This document shows, one piece after another, positions 1-13,090 of a stretch of DNA of 64,000 bases. Source of the stretch: Camelus ferus. Taxonomy: Eukaryota. Below the pieces are notes generated by a model. The model made no database searches, was not told where the DNA came from, and saw only the letters and a list, made by a program, of their open reading frames with translations. Each line of letters opens with the position of its first letter. The stretch's first letter is position 1. Where the stretch lies: positions 94,800,001 through 94,864,000 of the forward strand of contig NC_045696.1 in the NCBI RefSeq assembly GCF_009834535.1, written 5' to 3'. The position numbers were made by a program, and so were the translations under genes.

Positions 1-1550
1 AGGTTCACAGAAAAATTAAGTGACAGATACAGAGATTTCCCACATACCCCCTGCACCAACATATGCACAGTCTTCCCTGTCGTAAACATCGCCCATCGGA
101 GTTGGTACATTTGTTACAATTGATGTACCTAAATTGACATGTTGTAATCACCCAAAGTCTGCAGTGTACATTAGGGTTTATTTTTGGTTTTGTACATTTT
201 ATGGATGTGGAGAAATCTGAAATGGCATGTATCCACCTATGTAGGAGTGCCATATAGAATATTTTCGCTGACCTAAAAATTCTCTGTGCTCCTGCTGTTC
301 ATTCTTCCCTCTGTCCTAACCCCTGAAAAATCACGTCTCTTTTTATTGTCTCCATGGTTTTGCCTTTTCCAGAATGTCATATAGTTGGAATCATGCAGTA
401 TGTGCACTTTTCAAATTGGCTTCTTTCACTTTGTAACATGCATTTAAGTGACCTCCATATCTTTTCACGGCTTGATAGTTCATTTCTCTTTAGTGCTGAA
501 TAATATTCCATTGTTGGGATGCACCACACTTTATTTACCCATTCAGCTATTGAAGGACATCTTGGTTGCTTCCAGGGTTGGGCAATTATGAATAAAGTTG
601 CTGTAAACAACCATGTGCAAATTTTTGTGTGAATGTAAAAGTTTTCATTTCATTTGAGTTAGTAGCAAGGAGTGTAATTACTGGGTCATATGGTAAGAGT
701 ATGTTTAATTTTGTAAGAAACCACCAAACTACCTTCAACGTAGCTGTATCATTTTGCATTCCCAGCAGCAATGAATGAGAGTTCTTGTTTCTTCTTACTA
801 ATTTTCTCATTATCCTCACCAGTACTGTGGTGTTGTCAGTGTCTGAATTTTGGCCATTCTAATAGGTATGTGCTGGTATCTCACCGCTATTTTCATTTGC
901 ATTTCCTTCAGTACATGTGTGGAGCATCTTTTCATATGTTTATTTGCCGTCTGTATATATTCTTTGGTGAGGTGTCTGTTAAGGTCTTTGGTCCATTTTC
1001 TAATCAGGTCGTTTGTTTTCTTATTGTTGAATCTTAAGAGTTCTTCGTGTATTTTGGATAACAGTCCTTTATCAGATATATCTTTTGCAAATATTTTTTT
1101 TCCTGTCTGTCACTTGTCTTTTCATTCTCTTGACATTTTCTTTCATAGAGCACACATTTTTAATTTGAATGAAGTCTAGTTTATCAGTTCTTTTCTTTAT
1201 GGATCGTGCCTTTGGAGTTCTATCTAAAAAATCATCTTCGAACCCAACATCATCTCTATTTTCACCTAGTTTTGCAGTTTTGCATTTACATTAGGTCTGT
1301 GATCCATTTTAGTAAATTGTGTGAAGGGTGTTAGGCCTGTGTCCAGATTCTTTTTTGCCTGTAGATGTCCAGCTGTTCCAGCACCATTTGTTGAAAAGAC
1401 TCCCTTCGCTCCATTGCCTTCCCTTTGCTCCTTTGTCAGAGATGAGTTGTATATTTATGTGGATCTATTTCTGGCCTTTCTGTTCTGTTCCATTGATCAA
1501 TTTGTCTATTCTTTTGCCAATACCACACTATCTTGATTACTGCATTTGAT
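1..1550 (-). mobile_element. Old L1 (L1MC/L1MB-like) fragment: end of ORF2 plus 3'UTR, running off the window's left edge
   Basis: Minus-strand ORF 377..610 ([44 protein letters not shown]) resembles the L1 ORF2p C-terminus. The surrounding T-rich sequence is typical antisense L1, and frames are broken. Confidence 0.93.
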
Positions 1551-2169
1551 TACTCTTTAACAAGCATTTATTATATTTTAGTATTTGTCATTCTAATTCA
1601 TCTGAAGAAGTACTTACCTATCTTGCTGAAAATAGCATATTATCAAGACCAGGTCAGAGGTGTGGGCAGATCCCTTGTTATCTATGAAATTTCCACATCT
1701 CACGTGTAGTTTTCAGTCTCATTGTTCCATATTTCTTGGTTGGCAATTCAATACATTTTCCTTCTTACCATGGAAAAATTTTGCTTCTGATAGCATAAAA
1801 CTATAGTTTAATTGGAAAAAAACACCTAAGAAACAATTTAAAATACAAAATTAATACCAATTTTGTATAAAAGCTAATCATTTTTTTTGTTTGATTGATG
1901 GAGCCCAAAACCAGGGTGAAAACTGGCAAGTTTACCATGGGACCTAGGATTAGAGTCACACCTCAGAACTCCTTATTTTTTTTTTTTCTTTTGAATCACA
2001 CACTCTCATACTGCAAATGTCCAAATATCTCTTGTCTGTCATCATGGAGAACTGACAATATCTAGTTTATCTTCTATACTAGAAGCTAGTTTTTTAAATT
2101 AAAATAAAAATTTCTGGGAACTTTAGTCTGTTAATAAACATAGTTGTTATATTTAGTAAGTATTTACCA

Positions 2170-2350
2170 TTGGGATTCCGTGCTAATCTTTTCCCTACAT
2201 AACTTTGATTAAATTTCATAGCAACCTAATACCGTGAGATAGGTGTATTATTATATCCATTTTAGAGATGAGATAATTAATGTGCAGAGAGGTTAGAAAG
2301 CTGTCTAAAATCTCCCACATTTGACAAGTGATGGAGGTGACCTAGTGAGA
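2170..2350 (-). mobile_element. MIR SINE
   Basis: attattatatccattttagagatgagataattaatgtgcagagaggttag resembles the antisense MIR core. Confidence 0.75.
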
Positions 2351-2914
2351 TTAGCTTTGGGGCCTGTAATCCAGTCATCTAAACACCTTGACTGTGAAGA
2401 AGTTGCACATATTTTGGGGTTAGAAAAATCAAAATCCTTTTTTTTTTTTTTTTTGTGCTTTCGATGGAGATGATATGGTTATCTTTAGCTTATGAAATTT
2501 CTTATTTCTGAATTTGGTACTTTATACCAGAAGGAATAGTCAATTAAAAGTAAAGTCAGTAAGACCAATTAGGTAACACATATATACAATTGTGACTCAT
2601 TCAAATTATTTTTTTATTGATGACATAGTATAACAACGCTAAAGAAAAATTATTACATTTTACTTAAATGATTAAACAGGGCTTTCAGTCTATTGAATAG
2701 ATTAATATTTACTTACAGTTACAAAGATTACTATTTTTCTTTCTTTTTAGACAAATAAATTTTATGCCAAGAACTGATAAAAGTAAAATGGGAAAGATTT
2801 CTATGTAGAATTTGATAATAAACTTTGACATAAATTGATTTTGCTGAAGTAAAATGGAATCTGTTTCTTTCCTTTCCTTGCTGTCGATAATATTTCTAGG
2901 AGCAATTTGAACTT

Positions 2915-3178
2915 TTTGTTGTTGTTGCTTTTTTTTTTTTAATGTTTCATGTGTTTTATTTTTATTAATTTTTTAAAAAATTATAGTCAGTTTACAATGT
3001 GTCAGTTTCTGGTGTACAGCATAATATAGTCATTCATATACTTACATATATTCATTTTCATATTCTTTTTCATTATAGGTTACTGCAAGATATTAAATAT
3101 AATTCCCTGTGCTAAACAGTTTAAACTTGTTGTTTATTTTATATATAGTGGTTAGTGTCTGCAAATCTTAAACTCCCA
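2915..3178 (-). mobile_element. 5'-truncated lineage-specific L1 3'UTR
   Basis: T-rich tail, then atagtcagtttacaatgtgtcagtttctggtgtacagcataat, the reverse complement of the 7121-7410 copy. tgaactt at 2908-2914 and 3179-3185 is a candidate TSD. Confidence 0.9.
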
Positions 3179-3419
3179 TGAACTTAAATGTTTCTTAAAT
3201 TGTACATATTGTCAAATTATGAGGAATTTGGAACTCAAAATTCTATTTAAATTTAAGTAATTGCGTTTTATTATGCATATTTTTAAAAAGAAGTTGTGAG
3301 TAGAGAATAAAGAAACAAGCAAACATGAGCTTTATTGGTAATTGATATTCTTTCAAAAGGAAATCTTCTATTAGTAAATAAATTAATGAATTGTAAGTTA
3401 CACTAGACTTTATATACGC

Positions 3420-4870
3420 TATACACACTATATGCTAGGCACACTTCAGTGCAGGATATATTATGGTTTTCAAGACACATAATGTCCCTGCTTTTATGGA
3501 AGTTATTTTTTTTTGAAGTAGAGGTGTGGGTGTGTATCTGGTATTTATTAATAAATGAATAACTAAGTATTACGGACTGAATTGTATTCCCCTAAAATTC
3601 ATATATTGAAATTTTAACCCCCAGTAACTCAGAATGTGACTATTTTTGGAGATAGAGTCTTTAATGAGAAAATTAAGTTAAAATGAGGTCACTAGGTTGG
3701 GCCCTAATCCAATCTGACTGGTGTCCTTATAAGAAGGGATGATTAAGTACAGACGTATACAGAGGGAGACCCGTGAGAAGGCAGCCATCTACCTGCCAAG
3801 GGGAGTGGCCTCAGAAGAAAACAGCCCTACTGACTTTCACCTCCAACTTCTAGCCTCCAAAATTGTGAGGAAACAAATTTTTGTTGCTTGAACTGTCCAG
3901 TCTGTGGTACTTTGTTATGGCAGCCCTGTCACACTAATGTAAACGAGTACTATAAGATCAAATATGTATCTCTCTGAATAAATCTACCTTTACTCAAAAA
4001 AAAAAAAAAAGAGCAAATGAAATGTGATAGGATAGAGTGATGGAGGGGTTACCTTGGATCGGATACCCAGAGAATGTTTCTCTGAGGAGGAGATACTTAA
4101 ACTGAGACGGCAGCGATAGGAAGGAGTCAGTCAGATGATGCTCAGAGGGGAGGGCATGTTTGCAGAGGGAACAAACAGAGCAAAGTTTTTGTGGGTCAAA
4201 GAACTACAAGAAAGCAGGTATGAATTAGATCTCATAGAAAATGTTATGAGATGAGGCCAGATTCCTAAGCCAGTATCAGATGATATAAAGCTTAGATACC
4301 GGGGAGAGGAGTTTGATTTGAAGTGCAAAGGATGGTCGTGGGAAGATGTGAATCACAGAAGTGATATGATGGGATGCATGTTTTAAAAAGATAACTCTGG
4401 TTGCTGGGTGAAGGATGGATTTGGGGTTAAGAGCAAATGAAAAGAGGCCAGTTAGATGGATACTCTGGTTATCCAGGCAAGAGATTGGGTAGCTTCTGCT
4501 GGCTGGTTGTGAGGATGGAAAGGACTGGTTAGATCAGTGGTGTATTTTCTAGTCAAAAACCACAGATCTTACTGCTAGACTGTAATTGTGATGAGAAAGA
4601 GAAGGATCATTAAGTTTTGGGTTAAGTAAGTTGGTGGTGAGTTTGAGAAGGATCAGGAAGGAGTAGATTTGGTGAAAATCAGCATTCTGCTCTGCCTGTG
4701 TAACTTTTTGGAGATCTCAATTTGGCAGCTGGAAACAGGAGCCTGAATTTGTGGAGAGTGTCAAGGCTGGTGAAAAGAATTTGGAAGTCACTGGTATAGA
4801 GATAGTATTTATATCCTGGGGGTTGGATGCCTCACCCAGAGAGAGTGCATAATAGAGAAGAGAAAATGTC
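3420..4870 (-). mobile_element. L2 LINE fragment interrupted by an MLT1 LTR
   Basis: ctatatgctaggcac...gtccctgcttttatggaag, resuming near 4020 with ttctctgaggaggagatacttaaactgag and ttttaaaaagataactctggttgctg. These are antisense L2 motifs. Confidence 0.8.
3568..3941 (+). mobile_element. MaLR solo LTR (MLT1B/MLT1A-like)
   Basis: ggactgaattgtattcccctaaaattcatatattgaa...ccctaatccaatctgactggtgtccttataagaag...tctgtggtactttgttatggcagccct...ctaat. Confidence 0.92.
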
Positions 4871-5489
4871 TTGTCTCACCAAGGAGCAGTCATCAGGAAT
4901 GGTCACTGTGGACGGAACTCAGGGTAGACTTTGATATATTTTTTCAGAATAAATGGCTTGTGCAGACAAGTCTGATCTAGGTAGAAAGAGAGTGTCTTGC
5001 ACATGGTGATCTCCTCCCAGACCCTCACTGAGATGTAGCAATACACTCATTTAAAAAATCAACCTAGATATATAGTTCATATTTCTCTTCATATATATTT
5101 TAACTTCAAACCCTCTCTACACACTCAGAATTCTCCTCTTAATGCTTCCTGTTGCTTCTTGTGTCCATCTCTCACATGACATTTCAAGAGTTCTTTGAGG
5201 AAAGTGAAAATCAGACATAGTAAGCTGACAAATTACATACCGCCTCCTCTTAATATTATCCAGCCCAGTCCAGCTTCCTCCCTTCTGGAGGAAGATAAAA
5301 AGGGGCAGAAATAAAATGAAGTTAGTTATAATGACCCACTGAATTGAGGACAGAAAAAACTGATTTTTGACTCATATTAACTCTTTGAAAGTGTCAGAAA
5401 ATCAGAAGAATATTCAGAATATGGTCTTGACAACTAGAAGTGGCTTAAGCAAAAGATATTTTTATGACTACAAATCAGACAACTTAATT

Positions 5490-5590
5490 TGTTCACTTAC
5501 TCATTCAACATTTATTAAGAACCAGCTATGTTTTAAGCACTCTTTTGCCACGCAAGGTGGTATGGGAGCATGACAAAGCCTCAGTCAATC
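5490..5590 (-). mobile_element. L2 3' end fragment
   Basis: tcattcaacatttattaagaaccagctatg matches the antisense L2 tail. Confidence 0.6.
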
Positions 5591-7120
5591 AGATGTTTCT
5601 GTCTGAAGCAAATGAAATTGGTGACTTCTTGTTGAGATGGTTCCTGCAAAAAGATGGTTATTTTACTTATTCTTTATAATTTTCTGTTACTATCCTAACT
5701 ATTTTTCAGTTCCCAAGTCTTGGTCTCCAGCTTGTCTTTGACTCCCTGAGCCTTGCCTAAACTTCTTATAAAAACCTTTTCTCCTAAAGAGAACCAGGGT
5801 CAGCTTCTGTCATTTGCAAACAAGAGCTCTGGCTGCTGTGTGTCTCAGAATTGGAAAACTTCAAAGGGTTACATCAGACTTTCAAAGAGTAAAGTTATAT
5901 ACGTTTCAAATAGCTACGTATCAAGAATCACTTTCCAAGTCTCATATGCTTTATAGAAGGAAGGACAATTTCCTGCATGAAACCTTTACTGATTCAAGAA
6001 TAGGTAGAAGACAAGCTCTGCTTGGTATCCAATTATTTCTTTGGTTAGCTCTATTTTACTGAATCACAAAATAGCAAATTATTTCTTGCTATCCATCTTG
6101 CCACAGTTGAAGAATGGAAGTTTGGGCTAAAGGATGGGGACAAGTAGAACTAATTGCTAGGTCAAGCAAAGTAAATTAGTTGCAGTGTCTACATGCTATT
6201 TTGGCAACTCTCCCCCAGAACCTTGGGGTTATAGAGCTAAGTGCCAAAGAGAATAAAACGTCGAATTGGTCCAGTCACTTCCAATTTGATGACCAAGAAA
6301 TGAAAACACTTGGGGGAGTCTATTCACAAGCTCAGAATATTTCTAGTTCTCTTTCTTTGTCAGATCTTCAGGGTAGACTTTGGGCTTTAAAAGCCAGAAG
6401 CGATAGCAAGTCATTCTAAAGTGTGCAGAAATGGAAGCATGATGAGGCATGAGCCCCTGGTTTTCTCGTTAGCCTTCTGGGTGGAAAAGATAAAGAAAAC
6501 CAGTTAAAAAAAAAAAAAAAAAAAAACCAGTATTTTTTTTTCCAGCAGCCATAGGCTCCTTAGTTTTTTACCCTTAAAAGAAAGGCCACCAGAAGGCATT
6601 TATGTAAGAGAGGAAAAGAAGTGTTCTTTGTAACTTTCACTGGAAGTTACAAATAGAAGTTCTGCTCTGCAACTTGACCTGCATGTTCGAAATCTAGAAG
6701 TCTGATTGTTGCATGTATTTAGACCAATAAAAGCCATATATTAATGTATCATTTTATTCTCTTACATCTACAATCAAATCTGAAATGTGAGATAACTCTC
6801 CAGGGATTCAGTAAAGTTAATATTATCTCCATAGATTGAAAATTATAGAGTGATATAGTAAGATTGTATAGTATCCTTACCAGGCTGTCATTATTCGTTT
6901 GTTGTTAAAAGTACTAAATTGCCTGTTTGTTTTTCAAGGGAGAAATGATTTTAAAAATTAATTGAAATTTAAAAGTGGATTTGTATATCACTGTATGGAA
7001 TTATATATTACAGGTTAGCATTTACCAATTAAATTATCAATGGACTCTTAAGTTCTTCACACTGTCATAGGTCTGGATTTACCAAGAGAAGAATATATTG
7101 AGTGCTAAATTTTAAAGAAA

Positions 7121-7410
7121 GCTTATGGTTACCAGTGGGTGAAGAGGATGGGAAGGAATAAATTGGGAGTTCGAGATTTGCAGATACTAACTAATATATA
7201 TAAAATAGATAAACAACAAGTTCATACTGTATAGCACAGGGAACTATATTCAATATCTTGTGGAAACCTATAATGAAAAAGAATATGAAAACAAATGCAT
7301 GTATGCTCATGTATGACTGAAGCATTATGCTGTACACCAGAAATTGACACAACATTGTAAACTGACTATACTTCAATAAAAATACATATATACAAAAAAA
7401 AAAAAAAAAA
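7121..7410 (+). mobile_element. 5'-truncated young lineage-specific L1 3'UTR with poly(A)
   Basis: cttatggttaccag...tactgtatagcacagggaactatattcaatatcttg...gtaaactgactatacttcaataaaaa, then A17 at 7394-7410. aaagaaa flanks both ends. Confidence 0.93.
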
Positions 7411-7449
7411 GAAACTTACAGAAGAGATGCTACCAGCTCTTGGAATAAT

Positions 7450-7665
7450 AATAAAGTAACAATAACAGCTGACATTTATTGAATATTTAATATGGATCAT
7501 ATCATTTAATCCCTTAAACAATCTTTGAGACTGGTTCTATGATTCCAGTTTTATAGTTGATTATAACCAAGTCCCAGAAAAATTAATTAAATTGTCTAAA
7601 TTTTCCAAAGATATACATCTTCTCAGAAGATGAGCAGAGAATTTGAACCTGGGTAGCTTGACCCT
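7450..7665 (-). mobile_element. MIR SINE
   Basis: ataacagctgacatttattgaat...catttaatccc...atttgaacctgggtag. Confidence 0.75.
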
Positions 7666-9049
7666 CTCATCTGTATTCTTCTTTTTTTCTTCCAAGGTTG
7701 AGCCTATTTTATGGGTAACATCCTAGCTGGGCTCAGGGGCAGGATGGAGAGTCAGGCTGAACTTTCCAAGGGACTGAGGGCTTGTGATCTGGGCTGGTGC
7801 CAGGCTCCATCACCTATACTCTTAATATTTATTACCTTTACAGTATAAAATGTATATCAATAAAGGCACATTCCACCTACAGGAAAAAGGGATGGGCTTT
7901 AATAAGCTATCTTATATTTAAGATTAAATATAACCTGAAAGGTTTGTAAGTAATTTGTGCACCACCACGTGCTTCTGTAGTGAAAATAATCTCACGCTCT
8001 CACCTCAGAAGGCTTGGATTTCGTTTCTCGTTCCGCCACTTACGTGGATGGCCAAGGCAAGTCAGACAAGTTCACCAGATGTAGTTCATCCTCATCCTTG
8101 TTTTTCATGATATATGAAAAAATATTATTAAAACTGTAAAATGCTTATATTATGATTTTAAAGTTAATACTTAACTTTTATTAAGACACACAGACCCCAA
8201 GAAATAAAATGTAAAAAGGAGTATGGCTGAATAAAGAAACATTCTTAAGGACTATGTTTTTAAAGAGTCCAGCTTTCTTCTTGACAATGTTATTTTCTCA
8301 CTGTCAGTAAAATTTACAAGAGTTATTTACAGCAGGAATGGCATTCATTGAACCATTTCTTATCCCCGCCTGGAAGCCAGACCAAAAAAAGACAGCTTGG
8401 GAGGGTACCAGTGCTTACGGTCTGGTCAGTGATATCTTTTGAGAATGGTTGCGTAGCTGCATTATTCAGGTAACACATGTCTCCAAGAGGATGAACTGCC
8501 AGTTTCACTTTAACGTTAGATATATGCTAAGGGGATGGGAATTGGAGGAAGAGGCAGAACAAGAGATGAGAAAAAAGAGAAGTGACTTTATTGTAATCGG
8601 GAGTAGAGAGCCTAGGACAAGGGTTGATGAACCAGATAGAAAAAGAACTCCATGTTGCTGAGAAAACAGAGAAAGGGACAGATCAGATGGCAGGTAGACA
8701 AAAATGGTAAGCTGAAGTTGACATAGAAACTTGAAAACTTAAGTTGAAATTGCATGATTAGTGAAGAGCCCGGAACTGATGTAACATCAGAAATAATATG
8801 AGTGGTGCTTCATCTAGCAGGGCCTTTCCATAAAACCAAGTCATTACTGTGCAGGCAGAAAGTGTCAGCTTTGAAGTTAGAGAGATTTGGGGGAATGGAA
8901 TATTGAGAGAAAAAATATTATGACTCAATAACTTTTGTTGGTGTTGTAAATCCCTAAGGAAATATTTTCTGCATGTGAAGAACTGACAGCCTGCTTCTCC
9001 CTTCCTACTTTATCCTAAAATATACTTTATCTCAGCTACAAAAAGTGTA

Positions 9050-9130
9050 TGTTAGATACACACACACATATGCACATATACATCTACATATATGCACACA
9101 TGTATGTGCATGTGTATACACACATATTCA
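9050..9130. repeat. Imperfect (CA/TA)n low-complexity microsatellite
   Basis: tacacacacacatatgcacatatacatctacatatatgcacacatgtatgtgcatgtgtatacacacata. Confidence 0.8.
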
Positions 9131-10084
9131 TCTAAGATCTCAGAGTTCATTGGGTTACATACTAACTAGGATTATTTTTTTTATAACAGGGAATGTCAGT
9201 TCTGTGAGTGTAGAATTGGATCGTCTGTCTTGGTCACCAGTATATGCCCAATGTCGGGCCGATAACCTTGTGAATAAAAGATCCTCTATAGATCACTGGC
9301 TGAGTGAGTGAATGCCATTCATTCTTGGTTTTATAGCAAATCCTCTTATTTTCTGAGGTGGTCATCAAAATCCCAATTTCATCGTGGAAGGCCTAATTTC
9401 GAGCTGTAAATGTCTCTGGAAACAGTGAAAAATAAACTTTCAATTTATGATAAGAAAAATCTTAATACTTAATAATACTCTTTACTTATAGTTGAGTATG
9501 GTTTTATTATAATCTACATGGTAGAATGTCAGAGCATCCCACGATTGGGAAAATGTTACATCTGCTCAAAATACATAGGGGTTGATGTGTTAATTTTTAA
9601 ATACATTTCTTTGTGAAGAAAAGGATTACTGAAAGCCATTGCCTTTTACAAATTGACAATATGCAAAGCTCAGTTAAATAAAGATATGAAAGATAACCAA
9701 CTTTTAGAAACTAATATTGAAATGTCATTGACGTCAGTTTAGCACCGGCGGAAGATATTAAAAGCTTCTCAAAACTGACATTTTTAATCAAAGTAGTGTT
9801 TTTAATAATAGTTCCTCTGTGATCATGGCAATTACTTGTGTTATTCGAAATCTATTTTTTGATACCTGTACATTGGTATAGCTCTAAATGTGGATGGCAT
9901 AGGCAGCACACAGACAGTGTGAACTGAAGGTCACCAAAAGGGCTGCATCCCCCCAAACCATCCACATTGTCAATAATATGGTGTTAGTTTGTAGAGAACT
10001 CTCTATTATTATTTGAATGTATTATTCTGTTAGTCTTTATCTCCAGCACATCAAATAGGTTGAATATATAGTGACAGATTCTTA

Positions 10085-10195
10085 AACAATTTAAGTGACT
10101 TGCTCGAGGCCATGTAGCTAATAAATAATGGAGCTGGGTTCAAACCTCAGCCTTCTTACTCACAATCTAACGTTTCTTTCACTGTGATACAGTCA
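10085..10195 (-). mobile_element. MIR fragment
   Basis: ttaagtgacttgctcgaggccatgtagctaataaataatggagctgggttcaaacc. Confidence 0.8.
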
Positions 10196-11679
10196 CTCTT
10201 GGTACCTCAGTGTCCTGCACTGGGGACCTTCCTTTAGGTTAAGCATAGTGGTGTTTCCAGAAGATCTCTGTTAACGTTTACTTGAGAGATGTAATAAGTC
10301 AGAAAAGAATCATTAACCTTTGGAAAGGAAAATCAGAAGTCTAATGGGATAAGATGCAAAATAGGTCAATTTTGAAAAATAAGAATTTTTTTTAAACTAG
10401 AGGGTCCACCAACAGAGCACTGCTGTGATTACCAGCCAGATAACACTACAGGAGGTCCTGCATACTGGCACATAGGTGTAAAAAGCACAAAACCTCTGGG
10501 GACTGTCACTGGGAGTTGAAGGATCAGGAGTAGGAATGGGGCCTGAGGAAGGACTGGGTCTGGCTGAGGCCAGAGAGCAACATGTACTTGTTTTTGACAA
10601 GAATTTAACTCACATGTTAATTTATCAAGACAAGTGATTTGCTTTGAAAAGAGATACCTTCTCTTCAGGCAGTCAAAAACATTTTCTAAAGTTCTGATTT
10701 TCAGGTGTTACATATTTTTTGAGCTCGAATTATTATTATTTCCTAGATAATTGGACACTTCCATCAAAGTCATAAAATAGGGAATAAAAAAGAAAGATGT
10801 CCGTAACTACCAGTCCTCTGATCCCTAAGATGCAGGCAGGTCTGGACACTGAAGGTGTGTATGTTCCTTGGGAAAAGCCCACACCTGCCTTCCTTTCATG
10901 CGCGAGGTCTTCAAGTGCCCCACTGAGGGCTCCACGTGGAAGCCTTGTGTTTATGGATCTGGACATCAGTGGCAAGTGTTGCAGTCCATGCCCAGGGGTG
11001 CCTGAAAAAGGGATTTGAGACCCAAAGTTGACACATGAAGCCTTCAGAACCAGTCACCTCAGGCAACCAAGTGCTTGTTCAGAAAAGCCAAATAAAGGGC
11101 TAAAATGTAGTACTTTCTACATAGTCATTTTACCTTCATTTTCTGGCTTGATATCAAAACCTCTTTCTGTTGAGATACTAACAGTTGATAAAAAGCCCAG
11201 ATTAGGTTTTGCTAAAAGAAAATCTAAGTTAATGTCAAGCTCTCTTGGTTTTCTTGTGTTGTTATTTTTAGGAAACTCTCCTGAGACAGAAAGTTTAAGG
11301 CAGTGAACAAAGTATTTAGTGAGGAGAGGCTGGGACTATTAAATGAAATGACTTTTATATATGTAAAGTATTTTGAAGGCTGCCTGATTAAAAAAAAAAA
11401 AAAAAGAAAACAACAGGGTTTGTGTCTTAATTCTAGTTGTAGATTTTTATTTTTATTCCTTTTTAAAACCGGTTTTCAACTCAGCTCACCAAATTTCCAG
11501 CAATAACTTGGCATTTTATAAAATACTAAGACCAATTTGTTTGAGGACAGAGACTTTATTTGATTATTTTTTAAGTTTCAACATCTTTTTTTCACATATT
11601 TTCTTGAGCAACTAGTAGAGAGATAAATTTAGTTAGTGAAGAAGAGGATGAAATGGAGAACTGTCTATAACATGGAAGT

Positions 11680-13090
11680 AACATTCATTTAACAGATACT
11701 TCTTCAGCACCTGTAGTATGTCAGGCTGTTCTAAGAGGTAAGGATATGTCAGTGAAAAAAAATCAAAACAGAAATCTCTACCCTTATGGATCTTGCTTTC
11801 TAGCTGGGGGGACAGAATTAAGGAATAAATAAGTAAATTACACAGAATGCTAGAAGGTGGTAAATGCTATGGAGAAAAAGAAAACTGGAAAGGGAATAGG
11901 GAGTGTCAGGGTGTGGTGTGGGTTGCAGTTATGAACAGGACCGTCGGGAAAAGCCACGCCAAGAAAGGCATATTTGAGCAAAGATTTAAAAGAGATGAGA
12001 GAACGATTACGTGGATATCTAGTGGGAGAGGTTTCCAAAGAGAGGAAACAGCTGGTGTAAAGAATGAGGCAAGGGAATGCCTGGCAAATTCCAGGAATTG
12101 CAAGGCAACCTGTGTGGCTGATGTGGAATGATCCAGGGGGAGAGAGGCAGGAGATAACGTCAAGGAGGTGATGTATGGCTCAGACCACACACGGCCCCAA
12201 AATCTATTGCAAGGCTTTTCTACTGAACGAAAAGGGGAACCCTTACAGGCTTTTTGAAAAGTTTTTTTTAATTACTATTTTTATTTATTTTTTGGGGTCA
12301 GTGGGAGGTAATTAGGTTTATTTACTTATTTTAATGGAGGTACTGGGAATTAAACCCAGGACCTTGTGCATGTTAAGCACGCACACTACCACTGAGCTAT
12401 CCCTTACCCCACCCCTTACAGGATTTTGAAAAGAGAACTGACAATACCTTTACTTACAGATTTAACCATTCCACTCTGGCTGCTGTGTTGACAATAAACT
12501 GTATGGGAACAGGGAGACCAAATTGGAAGTTATTGCCATAATCCAGGGAGGCAATGATCCTGGTTTAAAAATAGGGAGAAGTGGTCAGATTCTGGATATA
12601 TTCTGAACAGAGAGGCAACAAGATTTGCTCAGGAAGTGAATGAGATGTCTGAAATAAAGAGTGCAATCCAGGAAAACTCCAAGGGTTTGGCCTGAGTAAC
12701 TAGAAGGGACTAGCTGTCGTATACCGACATGGGAAGGACAGTTTGACAGAGAGCAAGTGCTCCACTTGGACACATCAAGTGGAGATGCCTGTTAGATATC
12801 CTAGTGTAGATCCCCAGCAGGAGGTGGCTGTGCGAATTGGACGTTCTAGGGAGAGCGAGTGAGAGAGAAGACCCAAGACCAACTCCTTAGCCCTAAGACC
12901 CTCTGTTATTAAGAAGTTGGGGACAAGAACAGAAACCAGGACTTTATCCTGAGATAGACCAACCAGAGACCGGTGAGGGAGGAAGAAAACAGGAGGATGT
13001 GGTGTCCTAGAGGCCAAGTGAAGAAAGTACCTCAAGGAGGAAGGAGGGATCGGCTTTGGAGATGCTGCAGATAGGTTAAGTAAAATGGGC
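11680..13090 (-). mobile_element. L2 (L2a-like) ~1.4 kb fragment containing a SINE insertion
   Basis: Starts cattcatttaacagatacttcttcagcacctg. Continues with cagattctggatatattctgaa and ggtgtcctagaggccaagtgaagaaagt, typical antisense L2. Confidence 0.9.
12262..12412 (-). mobile_element. tRNA-derived camelid SINE (Vic-1-like), long form
   Basis: Reverse complement reads gggatagctcagtggtagtgtgcgtgcttaacatgcacaaggtcctgggtttaattcccagtacctcc (Pol III A and B boxes), then an AT-rich tail. Flanking direct repeat cccttacagg(c/a)tttt. Confidence 0.92.

Noticed and set aside
377..1549. Cluster of ORFs at the window start
   Set aside because: These are sense and antisense readings of a decayed L1.
1611..1790. 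Minus-strand exon ending at a strong donor AG|GTAAGT (1618/1617)
   Set aside because: No acceptor and frame combination gives a recognisable peptide; isolated donor motifs are common.
11240..11370. Acceptor-like site ttgttatttttag followed by a possible exon
   Set aside because: Early stops and no convincing donor.
12760..12784. Hairpin CTCCACTTG-gacacat-CAAGTGGAG
   Set aside because: A 9-bp stem inside a diverged L2, expected by chance in 64 kb.
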